NCBI GenBank assembly: GCA_018221305.1
Contig: JAAOYK010000056.1
Span: 26,863-90,862 of the forward strand
DNA: 64,000 bases
Source: Candidatus Pacearchaeota archaeon
GTDB taxonomy: Archaea > Nanobdellota > Nanobdellia > Pacearchaeales > GW2011-AR1
Reading direction: 5' to 3'
Part shown: positions 37,935 to 47,541 of the stretch, piece after piece
Layout of the letters: the number at the start of each line of letters is the position of its first letter
Position numbering within the stretch: position 1 is the first letter of the stretch
Made by a program: the position numbers and the translations under genes
The notes under the pieces: model-generated
Database searches by the model: none
Told to the model about the DNA's origin: nothing
Seen by the model: only the letters and a program-made list of their open reading frames with translations

Positions 37935-37972
37935 TTCTAAATATTTATATAATCATTTTTATTAACAATTTC

Positions 37973-39193
37973 ATGGTAGATAAAAAACATATACGTGCTT
38001 ATGCATTAAAAAATGCTCTTGAGCATGATGGTAAGGCTGTTGTTGGTAGTGTTATTGCCGGACTTTTTAATCACGGCCTACAAAAAAGTCAGATAAAAGA
38101 GATTATGCCAAAAATTCAAGATGTATTAAAGGAAATTAATTCTATGTCAGGGCAGGAATTAGAACAAGAGTTTGCTAAATTAGAATCTTTGATTGGTCAT
38201 CGGGTGGAGCGTGATGGTTTGGCAGAATTGCCTGGCGTTAAAAAGGGTAGTGTTAATACTCGAATGTCTCCAAGTCCGAGCGGGCCGTTAACTCTGGGAC
38301 ATATCTTAACAATCGGACCTAATTATCTTTATACAAAAAAATATGGTGGAACTTTTTTTATACGGATTGAAGATACAAACCCTGAAAATATTGACCCAAA
38401 AGCGTATAAAATGATTAAAGAAGAATCAAAATGGCTTTGTGATGGTAATGTAAAAATTGTTATTCAGTCTGAGCGTATGGATTTGTATTATAAATATGCG
38501 CAAAAGTTTATTGATAAGGGTGCTGCATATGTTTGTACTTGTGATGTTGATGCATTTAAAGATCTTTTATTGAAAAAAACGGGGTGTCCTTGTAGGAGTT
38601 TAGATAAGAAAGAACAAAAAAAACGTTGGAAAAATATGCTTGATAAGGATGGGTATAAACAAGGGGAAGCAGTGCTTCGTTTTAAGAGTGATATAACGCA
38701 CAAAAATCCTGCAATGCGTGATTTTCCTCTTGCTCGAATAAATACTACGCCTCATCCAAAACAGAAAAAGAAGTATCGTGTCTGGCCTTTAATGAATTTG
38801 GCTGTACCTGTTGATGATATTGAGATGAAAATGACTCATATTATTCGGGGTAAGGATCATATGGATAATTCTAAGCGACAAAAAATGATGTATAAAGCAT
38901 TAGGTAAGGAAAAACAGTATCCTTGGGTGGCTTTTATTGGACGTTTGCATTTTACTGATTTTGTTATGTCGACAAGCAAGATGCGCAAAGCAATTGAAGA
39001 AGGTAAATATTCTGGTTGGGATGATCCAAAACTGCCTACTGTTGTATCATTAAAAAATAAGGGATATTGTCCTGAAGCTTTTTGGAAATATGTTGAGCAA
39101 CGTGGGGTCTCAGAAACTGATAAAACAATCTCTCAGAAGGACTTTTTCCAACTTATTGATAATTTTGAGAAAGACTTGAAAAGAGACAAATAA
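37973..39193 (+). CDS. gltX: glutamate--tRNA ligase (class I Glu/Gln-RS catalytic core), unusually short
   Basis: RMSPSPSGPLTLGHILTIGPNY...FFIRIEDTNPE (HIGH region) and MSTSKMRK (KMSKS). At 406 aa it lacks most of an anticodon-binding domain. Confidence 0.6.
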   Translation: MVDKKHIRAYALKNALEHDGKAVVGSVIAGLFNHGLQKSQIKEIMPKIQDVLKEINSMSGQELEQEFAKLESLIGHRVERDGLAELPGVKKGSVNTRMSPSPSGPLTLGHILTIGPNYLYTKKYGGTFFIRIEDTNPENIDPKAYKMIKEESKWLCDGNVKIVIQSERMDLYYKYAQKFIDKGAAYVCTCDVDAFKDLLLKKTGCPCRSLDKKEQKKRWKNMLDKDGYKQGEAVLRFKSDITHKNPAMRDFPLARINTTPHPKQKKKYRVWPLMNLAVPVDDIEMKMTHIIRGKDHMDNSKRQKMMYKALGKEKQYPWVAFIGRLHFTDFVMSTSKMRKAIEEGKYSGWDDPKLPTVVSLKNKGYCPEAFWKYVEQRGVSETDKTISQKDFFQLIDNFEKDLKRDK

Positions 39194-39245
39194 AAGAAAC
39201 GTTTATAAATAAAAACATCTTAGGTTAGTTATTAATAGAAAAGGG

Positions 39246-39803
39246 TTGGAGATGGAAAAACGAGCACAAGCGCAAATAATTACAACAGTTTTAATAATTC
39301 TTTTAGTAATCACTGCAATAATCATTGTTGCTGCTGTTGTAAGGCCTTTTATCCAAGAGGGTACTGGTGGTGTTGCAGGACTTGCAGATTGTTTTATTGT
39401 TGATGTTGAAATCGCAGAAGCTTCAGCAATTCAAGGCAATGAATTAAAGCTTGACCGTGGTGTTGGTGAAGGTGAAATTGCTGGGATACAAATTTTTGTT
39501 GATGGTCAGTTAATGGGTTCAAGTGCAGTGTCTGGTTTAGATCCTCTTGAGACTGGTTATGCTACTGATTATACAATACCTCTTACTGCAGAATATATTA
39601 GAATTGCTAAACTATTGGGTGATGATTTAGAAGGTGCAACACTTTGTGATGCTGATGGAAATTCTAGGGATAATAGTGGTAAGGGTGTAAGAGTTAAGAG
39701 TGATTGTACTGCTGCAGATTGTACTAAGTGTGATGCCTCTGAGTGTGCTAATGTTTTAGGTTGTAGTTGGGATGAGACTACTAATTGTACTGCACTTAGT
39801 TAA
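39246..39803 (+). CDS. archaeal type IV pilin-like protein (class III signal peptide)
   Basis: MEMEKRAQAQIITTVLIILLVITAIIIVAAV has a basic residue, then Ala before Gln, then a hydrophobic helix, as in prepilin-peptidase substrates. C-terminal Cys-rich domain. Confidence 0.5.
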   Translation: MEMEKRAQAQIITTVLIILLVITAIIIVAAVVRPFIQEGTGGVAGLADCFIVDVEIAEASAIQGNELKLDRGVGEGEIAGIQIFVDGQLMGSSAVSGLDPLETGYATDYTIPLTAEYIRIAKLLGDDLEGATLCDADGNSRDNSGKGVRVKSDCTAADCTKCDASECANVLGCSWDETTNCTALS

Positions 39804-39811
39804 TTTTTTAG

Positions 39812-41200
39812 TTAAATCTTTTTTTCCATATAAATATTATTTTTGTCTAATGTGTAGCCTAGCTTTTTGTAATACTCTCGCGCGCCGATCCCTGAAATGA
39901 TTTTAAGGGAGTTTATTTTATATTTTCTGGTTATATCTTCTGCATGTGCTATTAATTGTTTGCCCAGGCCGCTGTGTTGGCCTAAAAACTTTGCTTTTTC
40001 GCCTATCTTTAATGCTTTACCATAAACATGAACCTCGCGCACGATTGCTGTTTTTGAGGTATTATTAATCCTTAGGCGACAGAGTCCAAATAAGATATTA
40101 TCTTTGTTTACAAATTCTATAAAATATTCTGTCCCATTGCTTGACTTATATTTAGATGTTTTAAGTTTTAATTTATTGTTAATAGTTTTTCCAGGTTTTA
40201 GGTCACGAATAGCAAAACCTATTTCTCTAAATCTTATTTCCTTAATTTTTGATTTCTTGATTTTTAAATGGGCCTCAATATCGCGTCTAAGATCGATTCT
40301 AGTTGTCCCAGCGATTAAAAAGTCTGGCGCGATCTCTCGCATGATACGCATTACCCTGCAATAGTTTGGGATTATTTTCATTATTTTAATAATTAGTTCT
40401 TGAATGTCATCTTTACTGTATGGATGATATTTGCCTTGATTGTACATTTTTGCAAGAGCTGCTCCTTGTAAGACTTGGGTTGGGTATATTTTTAATTGGT
40501 CTGGTTTAAAACTTTGATCTTTGAATAATTGTTTGAACATTTGCATGTCTTTTTTTGGGTTTGATTTTGGAAGGCCTAACATCATATGGTACCCAACTTT
40601 AAACCCTGCTTGTTTAAGGCGCGTGCTTGCATCTATTACATCTTTAACTTTGTGGCCCCTATTTACAAACTTGTAAATATTGTCATCTAAACACTGAACC
40701 CCTATTTCTACGCGTGTGGTGCCCCAGGAGAGCATTTTTTGTATGTCTTTGTCTGTGCACGTATCAGGGCGTGTTTCAATACATAATGCAACACATCTAT
40801 GTTTTGCTTTTTGATTAAGTTTTAGTGCATCTTTTAAGTTTTTTGAAACTTTGTTGTTTAGTGCATCATAACATTTTTTTATGAAATTGTTTTGATACTT
40901 GGTTGGATATTCCAGAAAATTTCCACCCATTATGATTAATTCGATTTTGTCAACTGGATGATTCATTAATTTGAAGGCTTTAAGCCGAGATTGTAATTGT
41001 TTAAATGCGTCATATTTTAGTATTGCTGCGCGGAGTACTGGTGGACTTTTTGGTGTGTATGATTGTGGGACATTAAGTGATGGACAATAAATACAGGTTC
41101 CGTGCTTGCATTTCTTTGGTTTGCACATGACTGCTATAGGGCTTACGCCAGCTAATGTTTTTGATGGTTTTCTTATCTCTCCTGGTTTTGGTAATTGCAT
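39812..41200 (-). CDS. elp3: Elp3-family radical SAM plus GNAT tRNA-modifying enzyme
   Basis: N-terminal CKHGTCIYCPS radical-SAM cysteine motif, C-terminal GNAT (GLGKQLIAHAEDI...KLGY). 462 aa fits archaeal Elp3. Confidence 0.8.
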   Translation of the reverse strand: MQLPKPGEIRKPSKTLAGVSPIAVMCKPKKCKHGTCIYCPSLNVPQSYTPKSPPVLRAAILKYDAFKQLQSRLKAFKLMNHPVDKIELIIMGGNFLEYPTKYQNNFIKKCYDALNNKVSKNLKDALKLNQKAKHRCVALCIETRPDTCTDKDIQKMLSWGTTRVEIGVQCLDDNIYKFVNRGHKVKDVIDASTRLKQAGFKVGYHMMLGLPKSNPKKDMQMFKQLFKDQSFKPDQLKIYPTQVLQGAALAKMYNQGKYHPYSKDDIQELIIKIMKIIPNYCRVMRIMREIAPDFLIAGTTRIDLRRDIEAHLKIKKSKIKEIRFREIGFAIRDLKPGKTINNKLKLKTSKYKSSNGTEYFIEFVNKDNILFGLCRLRINNTSKTAIVREVHVYGKALKIGEKAKFLGQHSGLGKQLIAHAEDITRKYKINSLKIISGIGAREYYKKLGYTLDKNNIYMEKKI

Positions 41201-41277
41201 CTTCTTATAATATTAATACTTTATTATATATTCTAGAGAATATATTTAGTTTATAAAGCTATTTTTTTAATTAATGT

Positions 41278-41559
41278 ATGAAGTCGTCTAAAAAAAATAT
41301 TGAGAGTTATTTAAAAGGGATCGAAAGTCCTAGCTCTAAAAATATTTTAGCGACTGATAAATTAATCATTAGTAGTGGCCCTTTAATTATTGCTCTTCCT
41401 GTAATAAAAATTAGGGAGGAAGGTGTTACTGCAGGTTCTGGGAAATTGTCTATAACCAGAAAATATGAAGACTGTTTAATTTTAAAGCCTGATGGGACCT
41501 ATTTAATTGGAAACAAAATTGTTGATGATACTCAAGAATTTTTTAAATATCATCGTTAA
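41278..41559 (+). CDS. hypothetical protein
   Basis: 93 aa. Confidence 0.3.
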   Translation: MKSSKKNIESYLKGIESPSSKNILATDKLIISSGPLIIALPVIKIREEGVTAGSGKLSITRKYEDCLILKPDGTYLIGNKIVDDTQEFFKYHR

Positions 41560-41581
41560 GAGTAATGGTTAATTTTTTAAG

Positions 41582-42292
41582 TTGATTTTCTTTTCTTTTT
41601 TTATGACAATACCTATAAAAATTATTAGCAGAATGCAGTATTTAGAAAATAATGCAAAGCCAAACCAGGAACAAATTTGGGATGTAATTGCAAAACCTTG
41701 GAGAACTTATGTTCAGAAGAAAATTCCATTAGTTGTTGAATTTTTAAAAAATAAACGCGGTAAAATAATTGATCTTGGATGTGGGAGTGGACGAAACATG
41801 ATAAAAAATAAAGAGATTGAATATTATGGTCTTGATTTTTCAAAAAAACAAATAGAAAATGCTGCTCTATTGACTGCTGTTGAAGATATTAATGTTTTGC
41901 TTTTCCAGTCAGCAGTAGATAAACTTGACAAAGATACATTTAAGGATGAAATGTTTGATCATGGATTGTTTATGGCTACACTTCATTGTTTGGAAACTGA
42001 GCAAGAGAGATTAAATTCTTTAAAAGAACTTTATCGGATCTTGAAAAATGGAGCACAGGCTATGATTAGTGTTTGGAGTAGTGATGATAAGCGTTTTAAG
42101 GGGTTAAAAGGAGACATTTATATGTCTTGGAGGGAAGAAAATGTTCCTTATATGAGGTCTTATTATTTGTATGATAAACAAGAATTAATTGATTTGTTAA
42201 AATCTGTTGGTTTTGAAATCTTACAATTTTATGAATCTCTAACTGATGACAGATTTTCTAGAAAAAACTGGATTTTAAGGATAAAAAAATAG
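41582..42292 (+). CDS. class I SAM-dependent methyltransferase
   Basis: IIDLGCGSGRN (motif I) and DHGLFMATLHCL (motif II/III region). The real start is probably MQYLENN at 41633. Confidence 0.6.
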   Translation: MIFFSFFMTIPIKIISRMQYLENNAKPNQEQIWDVIAKPWRTYVQKKIPLVVEFLKNKRGKIIDLGCGSGRNMIKNKEIEYYGLDFSKKQIENAALLTAVEDINVLLFQSAVDKLDKDTFKDEMFDHGLFMATLHCLETEQERLNSLKELYRILKNGAQAMISVWSSDDKRFKGLKGDIYMSWREENVPYMRSYYLYDKQELIDLLKSVGFEILQFYESLTDDRFSRKNWILRIKK

Positions 42293-42350
42293 TATACAAA
42301 ATCTTAAATATCTTTATTTTATCCATATTATTAAGTGAATTACACATATT

Positions 42351-42830
42351 ATGGTACAAGAATCAGAACGTATAGGGAAAAAATATACTACCAAATCCGG
42401 TACTGTTTATTATTACATTGCACAGTTGGATGAAGAACGGTTTGCTTCAAAACACCAATGGATTAGAGATTCTAAGGATGGTAAGATCAAGGATATTGTT
42501 GGAGCGTCTTATGTTTCTGTTGATACTTGTAAGGATTTGATTAAAAAGTATCGAAAAAATCCGCAAACAAGCCATAAGTCTCTTGCAGAATTTATTGGTA
42601 ACGCGACAGATAGTAATTATTCTGCGATGGGTGGTGTGTTGTTTATCATGAGTGAGGTTAGCAAAAAGGATGATCACTATAAATTATTTCATTCTTCTTT
42701 AGTTGAGAAAATAGAACGCTTGAATGAGGGTGATATTGAAAAGATTTTAGCAAAACGAATTGAGGATATAATGTCTGAGCCAGATACTTCTGGGAAGTCT
42801 ACGGAGATTCATTTAGTCTCTGATGAATAA
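42351..42830 (+). CDS. hypothetical protein
   Basis: 159 aa. Confidence 0.35.
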   Translation: MVQESERIGKKYTTKSGTVYYYIAQLDEERFASKHQWIRDSKDGKIKDIVGASYVSVDTCKDLIKKYRKNPQTSHKSLAEFIGNATDSNYSAMGGVLFIMSEVSKKDDHYKLFHSSLVEKIERLNEGDIEKILAKRIEDIMSEPDTSGKSTEIHLVSDE

Positions 42831-42842
42831 TTTTTCTAAACA

Positions 42843-43232
42843 ATGGTAAGAAACTTAGATACAATAAAAGAAAGCACGTATGAGCTTAATGGTGGTGAAG
42901 ATAGTTTTAGGATTAAAAACGGAAAACGTGAAAATATTGGATTGGCAGAATATGCTTCTGAGAAGTTGATCAAGCAATATCTTGTACAACTTGATAGAAG
43001 TAATACTTTGGATAGTGAGGCTCGTGATCATTTGTATCAGGATGCTCAGAAAAGAAATTACAATCACATTGGCGGGCGAGTGTTTTTCTTTAAACCGGTT
43101 GGAAAAAGGTTTAAGCTAGAATTAAGCAGTAAGGTTTTAAAAGGTGATCCAAATCTTTCTGAAGGGAGCGGGTTTGAGCTGGATTTTAATTTACAGCCAG
43201 AAGAAGGATCTTCTATTATAAACATTGAGTAG
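42843..43232 (+). CDS. hypothetical protein
   Basis: 129 aa. Confidence 0.35.
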   Translation: MVRNLDTIKESTYELNGGEDSFRIKNGKRENIGLAEYASEKLIKQYLVQLDRSNTLDSEARDHLYQDAQKRNYNHIGGRVFFFKPVGKRFKLELSSKVLKGDPNLSEGSGFELDFNLQPEEGSSIINIE

Positions 43233-43246
43233 TGTTAATCTGAATT

Positions 43247-44413
43247 TTAATTTTTTAACTTTTCTAAGAATTTTGTTAATTGCGTATTGCTTAGTGCCTG
43301 TTCTTTACCAGTCTTCATATCTTTAATTTTTATTTTTTTGCTTTTTACTTCTTTATCTCCTAAAAAGATTACATATGGTATATTGTACGAGTTTGCATAT
43401 TCTAATGCTTTTGATGGTTTTTTGTAAAATGTTTGGCATGGGATGTTTTGGTTTCTTATTTTTTGTGCTAATTCAATTGCTGCCTTATCTTGATTAAGGG
43501 ATATGATCAAAATCTGGTTTTTGTCCAAATCTATTTTTGCAAGTGTTGAAAGGCGGTCAAGGCCTGCAGCATATCCACAACACTGAATATTATTGAACAA
43601 GTATGCTCCTCCGCCAAAGATTGTTTCTTTCATTTCTTTTGTTTTCACTTCAAAAATAGTTCCGTTATAATATGAAAGACCGCGGGCAAGTGTTGCTAAA
43701 AACTCTGTTTTTATTTTATAGAGCTTACAAAACTTTTCTAATTCTTTTATTTCCTGAAATGCTTTGTATTTTTCAAAATATTTTTTTGGCTTTTTAAAAA
43801 TGAGTAATGCTTTTTCTGCATTATATTTCTTAAGATTTTGTTTTACTTCTTTTTCAGAAAGTTTGTCAAGTTTATCAATCTCTTTAATTACCGCAGATTT
43901 ATTTTTTATTCCTAAGTCGTCTAGAATTTCGTTTAGTAGTCGCCGGTTATTTATGTAAATTGTAAATTTGATGTTTAATTTGTTTAATATATCTGAGATT
44001 GTTGATAAGATCTCAGCTTCATCTTTTGTCTTTGTATTAATTATATCAATATCGCATTGAGTAAATTGTCTAAACCTGCTCGTTGAAATCGGTTCATTTC
44101 TAAAGACTGACCCTATTTGGTATCTTTTGTATGGCAGTTTTTTATTTTTCATCAATCTTTTTAACTGAAATGTAAACTCGTAACGAAGCGCAAGTTTTCT
44201 TTTTCCTTTATCTTCTAATTTGTAAATGTCTGAGACCGCTTCATCATTAATATTATCTCCTTGTACAAAACTGCGGTTCTCAATTATTGGAGTCTCTGCA
44301 GGCTCAAAACCATAAAGCTTGAAAGTGTCTTCTATGATTTGTTTTACTTTTGCACGTTTAAATGCTTTTTCTCCTGTATAGTCATTAAAACCTTTAACTA
44401 AATTTGTGTTCAT
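43247..44413 (-). CDS. hisS: histidine--tRNA ligase
   Basis: N-terminal GFNDYTGEKAFKRAKVKQIIEDTFKLYGFEPAETP, motif 2 LRYEFTFQLKR...RYQIGSVFRNEPISTSRFRQFTQCDIDI, motif 3 GGGAY. Confidence 0.8.
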   Translation of the reverse strand: MNTNLVKGFNDYTGEKAFKRAKVKQIIEDTFKLYGFEPAETPIIENRSFVQGDNINDEAVSDIYKLEDKGKRKLALRYEFTFQLKRLMKNKKLPYKRYQIGSVFRNEPISTSRFRQFTQCDIDIINTKTKDEAEILSTISDILNKLNIKFTIYINNRRLLNEILDDLGIKNKSAVIKEIDKLDKLSEKEVKQNLKKYNAEKALLIFKKPKKYFEKYKAFQEIKELEKFCKLYKIKTEFLATLARGLSYYNGTIFEVKTKEMKETIFGGGAYLFNNIQCCGYAAGLDRLSTLAKIDLDKNQILIISLNQDKAAIELAQKIRNQNIPCQTFYKKPSKALEYANSYNIPYVIFLGDKEVKSKKIKIKDMKTGKEQALSNTQLTKFLEKLKN

Positions 44414-44817
44414 TTTGCATTCTCCAGTTCTTTTACTAAGTCTTTTGTTTTTTTAACTATTTTGTTTATTAGATTATCTACCCTTTTTTTATTATCGTCT
44501 GTATCGCTCAAGTTCCAGACCTGAATATTTTTTGGATTTATTTTTTCTGTTAAAAGGGATTTTGGAACATCATTAGCTACAATTATTGCTAGGTCAGTGT
44601 TACCTAGTAGTTTGGAGCTCATTGTTTTTGGTCTGCCTTTAATATTAATGCCCCAAAGTCTTTTTGATGCGCCAACTCCATAACCATCAACTTTATCCCC
44701 TTTTATTACTCCAGCACTTTTTACTTTTATGTTTTTATTTTTATTAATTTTTTTAAAGTATTCTGCAGCAATCCTGCTTCTAAAACGATTGTATTTGCAT
44801 ATAAATAGTATGTTCAT
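44410..44817 (-). CDS. low-molecular-weight protein-tyrosine-phosphatase-like (CX5R P-loop)
   Basis: MNILFICKYNRFRS has the CX5R(S) P-loop. The track ORF was trimmed at the 5' end because it ran into the tRNA-His gene. Confidence 0.45.
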   Translation of the reverse strand: MNILFICKYNRFRSRIAAEYFKKINKNKNIKVKSAGVIKGDKVDGYGVGASKRLWGINIKGRPKTMSSKLLGNTDLAIIVANDVPKSLLTEKINPKNIQVWNLSDTDDNKKRVDNLINKIVKKTKDLVKELENAK

Positions 44818-44845
44818 TTTTGTACCTCTTTTTATGGGGATAATA

Positions 44846-44917
44846 AGCGAAAGGGGAGAATTGAACTCCCGTTTTACGGACCACAACCGTACGTTCTACC
44901 ATTAAACTACAATCGCC
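44846..44917 (-). tRNA. tRNA-His (anticodon GTG) with an encoded G-1
   Basis: Reverse strand: G-1 plus GCGATTG, D-arm GTTT..GAAC, anticodon stem TACGG/CCGTA with loop TTGTGGT, T-arm GGGAGTTCAATTCTCCC, 3' acceptor CTTTCGC. The acceptor stem has two U-U mismatches at 5-68 and 6-67. Confidence 0.55.
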
Positions 44918-44947
44918 ATAATTTATATTATTGAATGAACTATCTGG

Positions 44948-44956
44948 TATAAAAAA
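44948..44956 (-). promoter_or_regulatory. TATA-like ttttttata about 30-38 nt upstream of tRNA-His
   Basis: Followed by caataatataaat immediately upstream of the tRNA, the same motif as upstream of tRNA-Ile. Confidence 0.3.
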
Positions 44957-45171
44957 GTTATTATTAGCAAAAATAAGAGAAAATTTGTTGAAAGCAGGGC
45001 TAGAGTTATTTATTCTTGTTCTAGTGATGGGGATAACTCCCAATTAATATTCTAGCTTTCATTGTACTTTTATGCAGAATTAATGGTATATAAGCGTTGC
45101 GGTTGAATTGTATTGTTAAGTTAAAGGATGTTGTTAGATAATTTTTTAAATAAACCTTTCTTAAGTAAGTA

Positions 45172-45783
45172 ATGGAAAAAGGGACAAAATATTCTATTTT
45201 AGTTGGATTATTTGTGATGGCTTTAACTGTGTCTGCTTTAATTGGAGTGAAAATTATTCCTTTTTGGGGGATATTTTTTTCTGCAACAGCTATAACCTTC
45301 CCTATAACTTTTTTAGTAACAGATATAATTTCAGAAGTTTGGGGGAAAAAGAAAGCACACCAAGTTGTATGGGTTGGATTTTTTACAACCATAATTGCAT
45401 ATATCTTAGTACTTATAGCAATAAAATTACCTTTTGCTCCATTTTGGCAAGGGCAAGAAGCTTATGCTCAAACTCTTGGACTTGTAGGAAGAATTGTTTT
45501 TGCAGGATTAATAGCTTATATAATAAGTCAACATCATGATGTTTGGGCATTTCATTTTTGGAAAGTAAAAACAAGAAACAAACATCTATGGTTTAGAAAT
45601 AATGCTTCTACAGTAATGTCTCAATTAATTAATACAATTATTTTTGTACCTATTGCTTTTTATGGGATTTTACCAACCACTGCATTAATTCCAACAATCT
45701 TAGGACATTTTTTAATTAAAGTTATTTTTGCTATCGCAGATACCCCTTTTGTTTATTTAGGAGTTGCTTGGGCAAGAAGATAG
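45172..45783 (+). CDS. YhhQ/VUT-family (queuosine-precursor transporter-like) membrane protein
   Basis: ITFPITFLVTDIISEVWGKKKA matches the YhhQ signature (ITFP.TFL.TD...E.YG). 6 TM helices. Confidence 0.55.
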   Translation: MEKGTKYSILVGLFVMALTVSALIGVKIIPFWGIFFSATAITFPITFLVTDIISEVWGKKKAHQVVWVGFFTTIIAYILVLIAIKLPFAPFWQGQEAYAQTLGLVGRIVFAGLIAYIISQHHDVWAFHFWKVKTRNKHLWFRNNASTVMSQLINTIIFVPIAFYGILPTTALIPTILGHFLIKVIFAIADTPFVYLGVAWARR

Positions 45784-45876
45784 ATTAATCAATTCCAACC
45801 CCCTATCTGTGCCTGCGATCATTGCATCATAGATTTCTTTTTGCATTTTACCTTTTTGTTGTTTGTATGATTTGGA

Positions 45877-46821
45877 TCAACACCACCATAAACACTTTTC
45901 TTTTGGTTTTACAAATTTTTCGTTTATCCACCTGAATAGGTTGGGCTTTAATGCAGATACGCTTGAATCAAAATTTAAATTACTATCTAATATATACATT
46001 TCATCAGTAAAGTACCAAATAACTAGGATTTTTTCTTCAGGAAGATTTTCTTTTAATTGGCGATAATTTCTAATATTTGCGCCATGAAGCATTACAAAAT
46101 CTGCATCCATTTCCTCAATTTCTTGATAAAGTTTGGATGTAAGAAATTCTGTGCCAAAAAATGAACTTTCAATAGTATAGTAGATCTTGCCGGTTTTTAT
46201 CTTTGGATATTGGTTTTTGAATTCTATTACTACTTCTTTTGATACTGAACTAAAAATTGTTGTGTTCATTATGTTGCGCCTTTTGCAGTCTTCAACAATA
46301 TATTGTACTAGTATTTTATCATCAGTAAAGTTTCCTTGAGATTTTAGTTCAATGTCTAATGGTTTTTTGCCTGCAATAAGTTCCATTACTTCTTCGTAAG
46401 TTGGGATATGAAATCGTGTAATATTTTGTAGTTGGGCATAAGTTAAATCTTTTACATTGTAACTTTTTCTGTGAAGGCGTATGAGGCCTTGATCATGGTA
46501 AATGATTGGGATTTTATCTTTTGTATATTGAACATCAAATTCTATAAATTTATACCTTGGTTCATCAAGAGCGCTTTGAAATGCTTCAATGGTGTTTTCA
46601 ATGTAATCTATTGCATTCCCCCGATGTGCGCCAAGGATGACGTTTTCATCTTTGATTGCATCAATGCTCGGGATCAATAATATAACTGAAAGCATAGAAA
46701 CTATTAAAGATAGAATAAACAAGAAAAACGTGATAAAAATTATTTTTGTAATAATCCTTCTTTGAGGCACGTGTTGCTTTATTTTTTCATTTGTTTTTTT
46801 TCTTATTCTCTTTTTTTTCAT
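45877..46821 (-). CDS. membrane-anchored glycerophosphodiester phosphodiesterase (GDPD) domain protein
   Basis: GAHRGNAIDYIENTIEAFQSA...EFDVQYTKDKIPIIYHD carries the HRG and E.D catalytic motifs of GDPD. N-terminal TM helix. Confidence 0.7.
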   Translation of the reverse strand: MKKKRIRKKTNEKIKQHVPQRRIITKIIFITFFLFILSLIVSMLSVILLIPSIDAIKDENVILGAHRGNAIDYIENTIEAFQSALDEPRYKFIEFDVQYTKDKIPIIYHDQGLIRLHRKSYNVKDLTYAQLQNITRFHIPTYEEVMELIAGKKPLDIELKSQGNFTDDKILVQYIVEDCKRRNIMNTTIFSSVSKEVVIEFKNQYPKIKTGKIYYTIESSFFGTEFLTSKLYQEIEEMDADFVMLHGANIRNYRQLKENLPEEKILVIWYFTDEMYILDSNLNFDSSVSALKPNLFRWINEKFVKPKEKCLWWC

Positions 46822-46862
46822 TTTATATATACTTTTATTAACTATTACAATATAAAAAGATT

Positions 46863-47489
46863 ATGAAAAAGAAACAAAAATTTTATTCGTTATGGTTATG
46901 CTTGATTATTGTGATAATCTTTGTAATTCAGTCAATTATTCCGAATTTTACTGAAATGTTTCTTTTAAATGAGAAAGCAATTACTGGTGAATACTGGAGA
47001 TTTTTTACTAGTATTTTTATTCATGCTGACATTGCGCATTTAATGTATAACTTGTTTGCATTATTTTTCTTTGGAATTCTTTTAGAAAAACTTATTGGGA
47101 GCACTAAATTCTTGATTGTCTTTTTTACATCTGGTATTATTGCAAGTTTGATTAGTGTTAATTTTTATGGCTCAAGCCTTGGTGCTTCTGGGGCTATTTA
47201 TGGTTTGATCGGATGTTTGGCTATACTAAAACCTTTAATGATGGTTTGGGCTTTTGGTCTAGTTATGCCCATGTTTATTGCTGCTATTGTCTGGATTTTG
47301 GGCGGTGTTTTAGGGCTTTTTATCCCGAGTAATACTGGGCATATTGCACACTTATCTGGCATTGGGGTTGGTTTTATTATTGGTCTTAGATTATTACTTG
47401 GATCAAAGAAAAAGAAACAAATAAAGCATAATAAGATTGAAATTCCTGAAAATTATGTTCGTATCTGGGAAAATCAGTACATGAAATAA
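46863..47489 (+). CDS. rhomboid-family intramembrane serine protease
   Basis: GASGAIYGLIG (GxSG catalytic Ser) and HIAHLSG (catalytic His). 6 TM helices. Confidence 0.75.
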   Translation: MKKKQKFYSLWLCLIIVIIFVIQSIIPNFTEMFLLNEKAITGEYWRFFTSIFIHADIAHLMYNLFALFFFGILLEKLIGSTKFLIVFFTSGIIASLISVNFYGSSLGASGAIYGLIGCLAILKPLMMVWAFGLVMPMFIAAIVWILGGVLGLFIPSNTGHIAHLSGIGVGFIIGLRLLLGSKKKKQIKHNKIEIPENYVRIWENQYMK

Positions 47490-47541
47490 ATATATATTCA
47501 ATATTGCTAAAATTTATATATTAACATGTATCCTAGATCTT

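Noticed and set aside
45021-45392. 123-aa minus-strand ORF
   Set aside because: It overlaps the start of the well-supported YhhQ-family gene and the tRNA-His upstream region. No motif and odd composition.
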